Source of the DNA: Flectonema sp. DT1601
Lineage: Eukaryota
Length of the DNA: 64,000 nt
Reading direction: 5' to 3'
NCBI GenBank assembly: GCA_964019425.1
Contig: OZ025781.1
Span: forward strand, 1,736,001 to 1,800,000
Shown here piece after piece: positions 44,688 through 54,000 of this stretch (its first letter is position 1; each line of letters begins with the position of its first letter). The notes below the pieces were generated by a model that was given only the letters and a program-made list of their open reading frames with translations, had not been told where the DNA came from and searched no databases. Made by a program: the position numbers and the translations under genes.

Positions 44688-47600
44688 CTACGTGTCACCT
44701 ACACAATTCCAAAGTCTCAGGTTGGATGCTTGTTCCATCCACCTGATCAACATCGCTACTGAAGGAAGCCAGCTGGTGGCAAAGATTGAGCCAAGACTGG
44801 CAGGAATGCCGTTGATGAGGATTAGATCACTTGATCGGTCCCATTTGCCTGTCAATGTAGAAAAGCCAAGGATTTCATATCTGGCTGCATCGAGTTTCTG
44901 TGATGGACAGCCTACGAGTAGGTGGAGTTGGTTGGATGGAGCGCTATGGCAGAATGGACATTTGATGGCTTTCCGCCAGTTTTGCATCAGTGGATGACAC
45001 CCCGTTCTAAAATTCGCAATTCTGATTTCATCGCTCCTTTTCATGTCGGGAGGATATTTTATCGCGGCACCTTTGACGGTGTTTTTATAGCAAGTGTAAC
45101 CAATTCTGTTCCAAATGTCCTTCGTGATCCCCCTCCTCACTCGGGATTTGTGATAGAAGAAGGATCCTCGGATTGGGATTTGAGGGAGGTATCTGTTGTG
45201 AGCCGATTTCTTAGCAAGTTCATCAACTTCGTCGTGTGCTTCTATCCCCATATGAGAAGGGATGAATTGAAGATGTACTTTCATACCGCAGTTCCGTAGG
45301 TTCTCGAGGATGCCGAGGGATCTGGTGTTTCTCTGTTTACACCTGCCACCCTTCAACTCGTCCAACAATGATTTTGAGTCGGTATAGATTCTGACTGACT
45401 TAGTTAGCCCGTCTTTCTGTACCTTCCAGTTTAAGTAGTTTGCCGCATTTTTCAAGGCATGTTGCTCAGTTCTGTAGCTGCAATCCGCACGCACTAATCT
45501 GGTCGCATGAGCACGTTTCTTTCCGTCTCGTGACCTAGCAATGAGAGCCGCGCCTGACGCATTCGAAGAGTATGAACCGTCACAGTTGATCACCATGTCC
45601 ACCGGAGGAAGTGTCGCGTTGTAGGTAAGGAATTTCTCCCTGTCCACTGCGGGATCAGGGGATTTTGTAAAACCGCAGCTGTTGCTGATTTGAACATTGT
45701 CCGAAGCAATCCAAGGTTTGATAGAGTCAGGTTGAACGATCCCCACACTTTCTAGTTGACCTTCAGAACGGGGAATGAGGCCACCCCAGAAGCTTCGAGG
45801 CGATGCGAGTGAGTTGGTGTCCGGCACCCAGGTCATGGCTTTGTACCTGAAATAGGCAATTTTAGTCTGCTTTTCGATTTGTCTTTTAAACGGTAAGATG
45901 TCGGCTTCCCAAAGGAGCAACTCCCTCGGAGTACATCTGCTGCATCCTGTTACGAGTCTCGCTATTTTTCTCATCTCGAAGTCGATAGCATCCGTTTTAT
46001 GCTGGTTGAGCAACCAACCAAAGCTGTCCAGTGCATAGGAAATCCTCGCTGTCACGTACAAGTTTTTAACCATCTTTAGGGTCTTGTAGTCCAATTCATA
46101 TGGCTGGAGGCACTGCAGAAGGGAGATCCCTTTCTTCAGTTCGTCGTGTATTTTCTCTAACTGTTTATCAAACCTGAGCCTGTTATCAATGTAAACACCC
46201 AGATATTTCACTGAGTCCGTGATCGGCAGTAGGAAGGCAATTTTAATTTTCGCTTTGACATTCATCTCGTCGTGGATGTTCAACATCAGTAAATCTTCTA
46301 ATTCTTGTTGAGTCCTGATGGGTTTCCCCTCTACTTCGAGGATCGTTTCACCACTCAGTAAAGTGGGCCTTGTCGTCGTCGTGTTGATCACGCTGTCTAG
46401 ATCAAAATAGTCAATATCTAACGAACGTACTTCCAGTGATTTTGAGAATAAGAGTTCGCGGTCGCTAGTATCAGTCAGGGTTACTTCTTTCGATTGAATA
46501 TCCATTTTCAGAGCGCAAGTCTTGGAGACTGAAAGTGCCATGTCATTATCACGGCACCACTTGTCAACGATGTCAAGTATTCGTTGAGCGTTTGAGATTG
46601 CTTCGTCCATGGTCGAGCCAAATACTGCACAAGCGGTGTCGTCTGCATACAGTGCGGTCAAAGTCGTTTCCTTCTCTTGTGAGAGAATCTTACACAGATC
46701 GTCAACATATATTAAATAGAGTAGTGGGCCTAAGATTGATCCTTGAGGCACTCCTTTTGACAGCGTACGAAACTTACTGAAATGTCCATTTGCATCAACT
46801 CTGACCTTCCTATTGGTTAGAAAGTCCGTTATCCATCGAACGATGAAGGTTGGGATGCCCATTCTTTGTAGTTTTGAAAGTAAAATTCGATGGTTAATCC
46901 TATCGAAGGCTGCTGTGAAATCGAATGACAAGAAGACTGACCTCCTCCCCTTCGTGTGGTTGTTTACCATGGCGTCCACCAGAATTGTGATTTGTTCGCA
47001 GGTATTTCTGCCCCGTCTGAAGCCAGCTTGAATCGGACTGAGTGCTGAGTTTTCGGTAAGCCAATGCATGAGCCTGTCGTACACCAACCTCTCAGCCAGT
47101 TTGCCAACAACCGAAGTGAGTGTGATTGGTCTGTAGCTTTTAATATCGTTCCGCGGTTTGCCCGACTTGAACATCGGTTTGATTAACCCCTGTTTCCAAA
47201 GATATGGAACATTGGAGGATCTCCACGAAGAATTGATCACCTTTAATAAACAGTCAACTGCCTTCTGAGATAAGTTCTTAAGCATTTCGTTGTGAATACC
47301 GTCAGGGCCTGCTGCTTTGCGAGGCTTCAGGTTTTTAATTGCTGCTGATATCTCGGTATCTGTGAAGTCACAACAGATGTCCAATTCCAAGTCTTCTTTC
47401 TTCAATGAAGGGGCTTCGAGTTTAGCAGCATCCCCATCGGCCACAGAGAGGTCCAGAAATGCTGCAGGTAAATCGTTCTCAGATATATTTGATACGCTGA
47501 TGTCCTTACCAGCGTCCTGTTGGAGTTCTTTAATCTTCTTGAAGGCGAAGTTAAAGTTGTTCCCCTTCCTCAGTTGGTCTTTCAGGTGACTACCTTTTGA

Positions 47601-48668
47601 TTTTATAGATTCAGGTGAAGAGGTCTTCCACTTACGTCGGCGCTTGCCCTTAAATAAGATTCTCCTCCGCACGTTCCTCGCAGCTACTTCATGTATTATG
47701 TTATTTAATAATCCAACATTACCAGTGGCATCATCCGAGAACTTAGCCCTATCAATTCTTCTATCAAGTTGCTGTCTGAAAGCACTCCAGTTTGTAGATT
47801 TGAAATCCCAGACAGTTCGTTTCCTTGCTCCAACTGTTGCTTGAGAGAGGTGAGCCATTGTGTCGAAGATAGCGAGTAGAGGTCGATGATCCGAGTTATG
47901 TTTACTGTCTTCATTTATGATTGAAAATTCTTCTAATACAATTGATCCTTTAAAGAATATAACGTCAGGTGAGGTACCACCGCCAGGAATGTCGTGTTTG
48001 GGCCGAGTTATTTGACCAGGTCTGTTTGCTACGAGAACGTCATTGCGATCCGCCCAATTAAATAATTCTTTACCAGATTTGGTTGTCCTGGTAGACCAGA
48101 CGAGGTTGTGTGCGTTGAAGTCGCCCGCAATAATAGACTTCGTTGTGATCGGAAGATCATCTTCTCTAATGATACACCCAGGGGGAGCGTAAACGTTAAT
48201 AACATTGACACCACCAACATTCAGCATCATAGCTTCGATACCGCTTGTTCTCGAAAACAATTCTTCATCACTGATTCCTTGTGAGAAGCATCTCTTTGCC
48301 ATTATTATAATGCCACCACCTTTTGTATTTCTGTCCTTCCTATATGTATAATAGCCAGGGTGCGAAATGTGTTCCTTCGACCAGGTTTCCTGTAAGCACA
48401 GTACATCCGGCGAGTAGTGAGAAAGGAGTCTTTGAATATAAGACCCCTTCTGACTTATCGATCTACAGTTCCAGCTCAACACTGAGAGTAACGAATTTTC
48501 AGGTCCAGGGTTGCGTTCAACGTCGCCTGCCAGCAGTAATAAACTTCGGGTCAGTTCTTTTTCAGTTTGAGAGATAGTCGGTGCTGTTACAGTAGTCGGC
48601 TTCACCAGAACTTTACTATGATGTGAGTCATTTTTAGAATTTGAAGTTGACGGTGTTCGTTTGTCAAG
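44688..48668 (-). CDS. Retrotransposon ORF2: 2A peptide, AP endonuclease, reverse transcriptase, RNase H, CCHC knuckle
   Basis: 2A: LLLLAGDVERNPGP. APE: SWNCRS, LCLQET, AGDFNAH, SDHRP. RT: KAAGPDGI, YRPITLTS, GVPQGSILGP, YADD, KYLGV. RNase H: NCDGS, YRTE, YTDSKS, PSHMG...DELAK. Knuckle: CPFC...HLLVGC. The frame is open back to the ORF1 stop, with no ATG before the endonuclease. Confidence 0.95.
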   Translation of the reverse strand, partial: LDKRTPSTSNSKNDSHHSKVLVKPTTVTAPTISQTEKELTRSLLLLAGDVERNPGPENSLLSVLSWNCRSISQKGSYIQRLLSHYSPDVLCLQETWSKEHISHPGYYTYRKDRNTKGGGIIIMAKRCFSQGISDEELFSRTSGIEAMMLNVGGVNVINVYAPPGCIIREDDLPITTKSIIAGDFNAHNLVWSTRTTKSGKELFNWADRNDVLVANRPGQITRPKHDIPGGGTSPDVIFFKGSIVLEEFSIINEDSKHNSDHRPLLAIFDTMAHLSQATVGARKRTVWDFKSTNWSAFRQQLDRRIDRAKFSDDATGNVGLLNNIIHEVAARNVRRRILFKGKRRRKWKTSSPESIKSKGSHLKDQLRKGNNFNFAFKKIKELQQDAGKDISVSNISENDLPAAFLDLSVADGDAAKLEAPSLKKEDLELDICCDFTDTEISAAIKNLKPRKAAGPDGIHNEMLKNLSQKAVDCLLKVINSSWRSSNVPYLWKQGLIKPMFKSGKPRNDIKSYRPITLTSVVGKLAERLVYDRLMHWLTENSALSPIQAGFRRGRNTCEQITILVDAMVNNHTKGRRSVFLSFDFTAAFDRINHRILLSKLQRMGIPTFIVRWITDFLTNRKVRVDANGHFSKFRTLSKGVPQGSILGPLLYLIYVDDLCKILSQEKETTLTALYADDTACAVFGSTMDEAISNAQRILDIVDKWCRDNDMALSVSKTCALKMDIQSKEVTLTDTSDRELLFSKSLEVRSLDIDYFDLDSVINTTTTRPTLLSGETILEVEGKPIRTQQELEDLLMLNIHDEMNVKAKIKIAFLLPITDSVKYLGVYIDNRLRFDKQLEKIHDELKKGISLLQCLQPYELDYKTLKMVKNLYVTARISYALDSFGWLLNQHKTDAIDFEMRKIARLVTGCSRCTPRELLLWEADILPFKRQIEKQTKIAYFRYKAMTWVPDTNSLASPRSFWGGLIPRSEGQLESVGIVQPDSIKPWIASDNVQISNSCGFTKSPDPAVDREKFLTYNATLPPVDMVINCDGSYSSNASGAALIARSRDGKKRAHATRLVRADCSYRTEQHALKNAANYLNWKVQKDGLTKSVRIYTDSKSLLDELKGGRCKQRNTRSLGILENLRNCGMKVHLQFIPSHMGIEAHDEVDELAKKSAHNRYLPQIPIRGSFFYHKSRVRRGITKDIWNRIGYTCYKNTVKGAAIKYPPDMKRSDEIRIANFRTGCHPLMQNWRKAIKCPFCHSAPSNQLHLLVGCPSQKLDAARYEILGFSTLTGKWDRSSDLILINGIPASLGSIFATSWLPSVAMLIRWMEQASNLRLWNCVGDT

Positions 48669-50093
48669 TCAGTTTGAATTATCCATTTCCACATCAGTCG
48701 TTTCAGTAGTATCGGTTGGTTCTTCAGCACAGTGTCGCTTCAGATCACCAGATATAACTGGACCCTTGCCCGGGTTGAAGGTCGGCCCCAATTTGACCGG
48801 CTTTTCTCTTTTAGTTTCCATGTTGATTACAAGGTACGCATCTTTACCCATGTCGACGAAGCTTGGTGATGGAACCGATTCAGAGATTGCAATTAACGTT
48901 TTGTTGCCTCCCTTATGAAAACTAGCCACAATTGTGTGACTCCACTTGTATGCGTGCAACAGGTGATCGCTGATCTGTTGCGTCGTGAACTTCTTAATAG
49001 CCAGTGATTTAATTATAAAACGCTGACCAGTCGGCAGTGCGGGTTTCAGAGAATCCCCGAGTGATTCTCTCACTTTTTGAGTAAACCCGGGTTGAACTTT
49101 CAGCCCAAAGCACTCTCGGAACTTCGTGATGTAGAAGCTACCTTTGATTGCTGAAAGAACTGAAAGTTTGCCCAGCACCGCTTTGAAGCCCAAGTCCTTA
49201 ACGAACTGAACTGTGTTCCAAGAGTCTTGGCCATTAGACCAAGATGGGTTTCTGATGAATAGATCTCTCTTCTCACTGGAGGTGTCGCTGTTGTTGTATT
49301 CCAGAATTTCAGAAATTCTGAAGTTTGGCACACGGATCGCCATAGATGTGTGCATATCGCATTTTTTAAATCCGAAGGGCGATGTCTTCAGCTCCCACTT
49401 TTTAATTAATTCTTTCACCTTAGTGGTGAGAGTGCTCTCTGCTGATTTACTCCAGTCTTGTATGAATAGAACTGGGTCCGGCTGTGGTGGCTCGATGGCG
49501 TCTTCTCTTGCGGCAGTGAAATCTTTGCCACAAATCGGGGTGACAAATACCCTACGAATGACGCAGGTTCCGCACTTCTTTACGACTGGAAGTGCGACTG
49601 GGACTGTTGTTTTAAACAGTTTAGACTTTGAGATGGCAGTCCAGTCGCCCTTCGTTCGTGTTTGCTTCAGTGCTTCATAATCAGCCTTTGAGCTGATGAG
49701 CACGAGTCCGTCCGCGTTGTTTTTGGAGGCATCGATTGCTTCTGAGAATTTAAGCGTAGGTGTTGCTTTAGCCCACGCTGCGTGAATGTACCACTCTGGC
49801 AGAGTGGGTTTCTTGTTGTTGGTAGTTGGCGTCGGGCCTCCATCATTTCCATCCCTCACCGTGCTCGCCGCTTCCTGTCGTTGTCCCCCGGACTCCTTCC
49901 CCTTCCTCTCTTGCTCTGTCGTCTTTCTCTTTGACGACTCTCCTTGTTTCTCTCCGGAGTCCTCCGTCAGCTGCTCCAGCACTCTCATCGTGAGAGTCAA
50001 AACCCTCCTTCTCTTTTCTTCTCCTGCTAGTCCTTTCTCCACTTCTTGTACTAACCGCATCACATCCAAAAGCAGCTCCTTACAACTGCTCAT
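48669..50093 (-). CDS. Retrotransposon ORF1 (474 aa from the first ATG; function unknown, putative RNA-binding/chaperone)
   Basis: Long basic ORF directly upstream of and in frame with ORF2, with a helical N-terminus. An AG (ctgacag) lies shortly upstream of the ATG at 50093. Confidence 0.8.
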   Translation of the reverse strand: MSSCKELLLDVMRLVQEVEKGLAGEEKRRRVLTLTMRVLEQLTEDSGEKQGESSKRKTTEQERKGKESGGQRQEAASTVRDGNDGGPTPTTNNKKPTLPEWYIHAAWAKATPTLKFSEAIDASKNNADGLVLISSKADYEALKQTRTKGDWTAISKSKLFKTTVPVALPVVKKCGTCVIRRVFVTPICGKDFTAAREDAIEPPQPDPVLFIQDWSKSAESTLTTKVKELIKKWELKTSPFGFKKCDMHTSMAIRVPNFRISEILEYNNSDTSSEKRDLFIRNPSWSNGQDSWNTVQFVKDLGFKAVLGKLSVLSAIKGSFYITKFRECFGLKVQPGFTQKVRESLGDSLKPALPTGQRFIIKSLAIKKFTTQQISDHLLHAYKWSHTIVASFHKGGNKTLIAISESVPSPSFVDMGKDAYLVINMETKREKPVKLGPTFNPGKGPVISGDLKRHCAEEPTDTTETTDVEMDNSN

Positions 50094-50179
50094 TATAGTT
50101 TTATGTCTGTCAGAAAACCCGCACAAAATCGACTCTCACCAGGTAATGGTAGGAAATCAATAAAGTACAGAAGAATTTT

Positions 50180-50399
50180 TTACCATTCCTACCATCGATA
50201 AGGAAAAACAAAGAATCGAGCATATAACTAGAGCGGTGGTCAAAGACCACTTGAACAGCCCGAAGGCCTGCCCTCAAGAGAAATTTATAAGGAGAATAGG
50301 AGAAAAAGGAGACAGGAGTGTTGGAAGAGACACTGCGACAACACCGAAGGTGATGTGCAGTTACCCAACCAGGAGATGATTGATAATGATGAAAATACT
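50180..50399. repeat. 220-bp non-terminal direct repeat, 5' UTR copy
   Basis: Identical by eye to 44440-44659. Confidence 0.97.
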
Positions 50400-51027
50400 G
50401 GAAAGGAGATACCGCAAGCAGCGATCAAGAATCCGGTGAAACACCCGACGAAGGGATGGTGTGATAGGTGTGGAGAGCGGATCGCGAAGGGAACGCGGGT
50501 AGTCATGTGCGTGAAGTGTGACTACGCTGAATGCTGCGGATTGTTGGAGAGATCGCGGCGTGGGAAAGAGAAGAGGAAAAGGAAATCACGGGGATCGCGA
50601 TCGAAAAACGATGCCATGTGAGAAGCATGAAACGGAAAGTGAATGAACGGAAAAAATTAAATGTAAAGAAGTGAACTTGTAAAAAATGTAAAGAAGCAAA
50701 CATGTTAAAAGAAAAATGAAAAAAAAAAAAAAAAGAAGAGTGAAAAGGAAGACAGAGTTGTATGTAAACTGTATGTAAATGTAAGAAGAAAGAAAAAACA
50801 CGCTGGAAGTGGGAGTGCAACCATCAGCGCAAACACAACCACAAATATTGTTTTTTTTTTCCTTTTTCTTTTCTTCGCTTCGGCGACAGATATGGTAGGA
50901 CCTAGAAAACCGGCCCAAAACTTGTGTTGCAGTTTATCTTTTTAGCGCACACTCATGTAACATAAGGATCGCTGGTTCCGAGGGTTTGCTCTCCTGCCAT
51001 ACTTGCCTCTCACCTCCCTCAAAAAAA

Positions 51028-51066
51028 AACCAACGATTCTAAAGCTACAGTTTCTGTACTTTATTG
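51028..51066 (+). other. Complete 39-nt spliced-leader exon in processed (trans-spliced) form
   Basis: AACCAACGATTCTAAAGCTACAGTTTCTGTACTTTATTG has the kinetoplastid/diplonemid SL length and the conserved ACAGTTTCTGTACTWTATTG 3' half. It is not followed by an SL-intron GT donor. Confidence 0.93.
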
Positions 51067-54000
51067 TTTTTTCCCTCCCTCGCCCCATCCCCGTCAGCGA
51101 GTAGGAAAGCGCAGCTAGGAATTTTTCCACGCAAGCGGATCCCACAACCCGACCACCCTTCCCCACGCTCACCCCATCCACCCTCCCCCACCCCAACAAA
51201 AGAAGAAAACGGCGGCAGCCACGTGACACACTCGTGTTCGTGTAGCGAAGCGTTTCGGCGACTTCGAAGACGACGACGACGACGACGACGTAGAAGAGAC
51301 GGTGTATGTGACTGACCTTCTTCTTCCTTATTTATCTATTTACTTTTGTTAATTACTTCCTCTTAATTTCATTCCTCTCTTAGATTGTTGTTTATTTGCT
51401 TATTTATTTGTTTGTTTATTTGTCTGTTTATCTGTCTGTATATTCTGTTACTATCTGTTATCTTGTTACATTTATCTGTATATTAGAGTACATTTTTGTT
51501 ATTGTTAAATTAAAACATCTTCTTCACAGTTTTTTCCCTCCCTCGCCCCATCCCCGTCAGCGAGTAGGAAAGCGCAGCTAGGAATTTTTCCACGCAAGCG
51601 GATCCCACAACCCGACCACCCTTCCCCACGCTCACCCCATCCACCCTCCCCCACCCCAACAAAAGAAGAAAACGGCGGCAGCCACGTGACACACTCGTGT
51701 TCGTGTAGCGAAGCGTTTCGGCGACTTCGAAGACGACGACGACGACGACGACGTAGAAGAGACGGTGTATGTGACTGACCTTCTTCTTCCTTATTTATCT
51801 ATTTACTTTTGTTAATTACTTCCTCTTAATTTCATTCCTCTCTTAGATTGTTGTTTATTTGCTTATTTATTTGTTTGTTTATTTGTCTGTTTATCTGTCT
51901 GTATATTCTGTTACTATCTGTTATCTTGTTACATTTATCTGTATATTAGAGTACATTTTTGTTATTGTTAAATTAAAACATCTTCTTCACAGTTTTTTCC
52001 CTCCCTCGCCCCATCCCCGTCAGCGAGTAGGAAAGCGCAGCTAGGAATTTTTCCACGCAAGCGGATCCCACAACCCGACCACCCTTCCCCACGCTCACCC
52101 CATCCACCCTCCCCCACCCCAACAAAAGAAGAAAACGGCGGCAGCCACGTGACACACTCGTGTTCGTGTAGCGAAGCGTTTCGGCGACTTCGAAGACGAC
52201 GACGACGACGACGACGTAGAAGAGACGGTGTATGTGACTGACCTTCTTCTTCCTTATTTATCTATTTACTTTTGTTAATTACTTCCTCTTAATTTCATTC
52301 CTCTCTTAGATTGTTGTTTATTTGCTTATTTATTTGTTTGTTTATTTGTCTGTTTATCTGTCTGTATATTCTGTTACTATCTGTTATCTTGTTACATTTA
52401 TCTGTATATTAGAGTACATTTTTGTTATTGTTAAATTAAAACATCTTCTTCACAGTTTTTTCCCTCCCTCGCCCCATCCCCGTCAGCGAGTAGGAAAGCG
52501 CAGCTAGGAATTTTTCCACGCAAGCGGATCCCACAACCCGACCACCCTTCCCCACGCTCACCCCATCCACCCTCCCCCACCCCAACAAAAGAAGAAAACG
52601 GCGGCAGCCACGTGACACACTCGTGTTCGTGTAGCGAAGCGTTTCGGCGACTTCGAAGACGACGACGACGACGACGACGTAGAAGAGACGGTGTATGTGA
52701 CTGACCTTCTTCTTCCTTATTTATCTATTTACTTTTGTTAATTACTTCCTCTTAATTTCATTCCTCTCTTAGATTGTTGTTTATTTGCTTATTTATTTGT
52801 TTGTTTATTTGTCTGTTTATCTGTCTGTATATTCTGTTACTATCTGTTATCTTGTTACATTTATCTGTATATTAGAGTACATTTTTGTTATTGTTAAATT
52901 AAAACATCTTCTTCACAGTTTTTTCCCTCCCTCGCCCCATCCCCGTCAGCGAGTAGGAAAGCGCAGCTAGGAATTTTTCCACGCAAGCGGATCCCACAAC
53001 CCGACCACCCTTCCCCACGCTCACCCCATCCACCCTCCCCCACCCCAACAAAAGAAGAAAACGGCGGCAGCCACGTGACACACTCGTGTTCGTGTAGCGA
53101 AGCGTTTCGGCGACTTCGAAGACGACGACGACGACGACGACGTAGAAGAGACGGTGTATGTGACTGACCTTCTTCTTCCTTATTTATCTATTTACTTTTG
53201 TTAATTACTTCCTCTTAATTTCATTCCTCTCTTAGATTGTTGTTTATTTGCTTATTTATTTGTTTGTTTATTTGTCTGTTTATCTGTCTGTATATTCTGT
53301 TACTATCTGTTATCTTGTTACATTTATCTGTATATTAGAGTACATTTTTGTTATTGTTAAATTAAAACATCTTCTTCACAGTTTTTTCCCTCCCTCGCCC
53401 CATCCCCGTCAGCGAGTAGGAAAGCGCAGCTAGGAATTTTTCCACGCAAGCGGATCCCACAACCCGACCACCCTTCCCCACGCTCACCCCATCCACCCTC
53501 CCCCACCCCAACAAAAGAAGAAAACGGCGGCAGCCACGTGACACACTCGTGTTCGTGTAGCGAAGCGTTTCGGCGACTTCGAAGACGACGACGACGACGA
53601 CGACGTAGAAGAGACGGTGTATGTGACTGACCTTCTTCTTCCTTATTTATCTATTTACTTTTGTTAATTACTTCCTCTTAATTTCATTCCTCTCTTAGAT
53701 TGTTGTTTATTTGCTTATTTATTTGTTTGTTTATTTGTCTGTTTATCTGTCTGTATATTCTGTTACTATCTGTTATCTTGTTACATTTATCTGTATATTA
53801 GAGTACATTTTTGTTATTGTTAAATTAAAACATCTTCTTCACAGTTTTTTCCCTCCCTCGCCCCATCCCCGTCAGCGAGTAGGAAAGCGCAGCTAGGAAT
53901 TTTTCCACGCAAGCGGATCCCACAACCCGACCACCCTTCCCCACGCTCACCCCATCCACCCTCCCCCACCCCAACAAAAGAAGAAAACGGCGGCAGCCAC

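Larger units (their letters stand above)
44202..51027 (-). mobile_element. Non-LTR retrotransposon, Ingi/I-group-like (ORF1 + 2A-APE-RT-RNase H-CCHC); 5' boundary uncertain and may include the 463-bp array
   Basis: Intact ORFs, A26 tail at 44202-44227, 460-bp 3' UTR and an internal 220-bp direct repeat. I found no target-site duplication in the window. Confidence 0.92.

Noticed and set aside
44440..50399. LTR retrotransposon with 220-bp LTRs
   Set aside because: The repeats are internal and lack TG...CA ends. There is no integrase or protease, and the element has an APE, a non-LTR RT and a poly(A) tail.
50996..51012. U1 snRNA-like start (ATACTTGCCT)
   Set aside because: Only a short imperfect match, with no U1 stem-loops or Sm site following.
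50940..51530. HDV-like or hammerhead ribozyme at the element 5' end or in the repeat unit
   Set aside because: A GAGGG/CCCTC pairing exists near 50980-51020, but I could not build the HDV nested pseudoknot, and I found no CUGANGA/GAAA core. An Infernal search would settle it.
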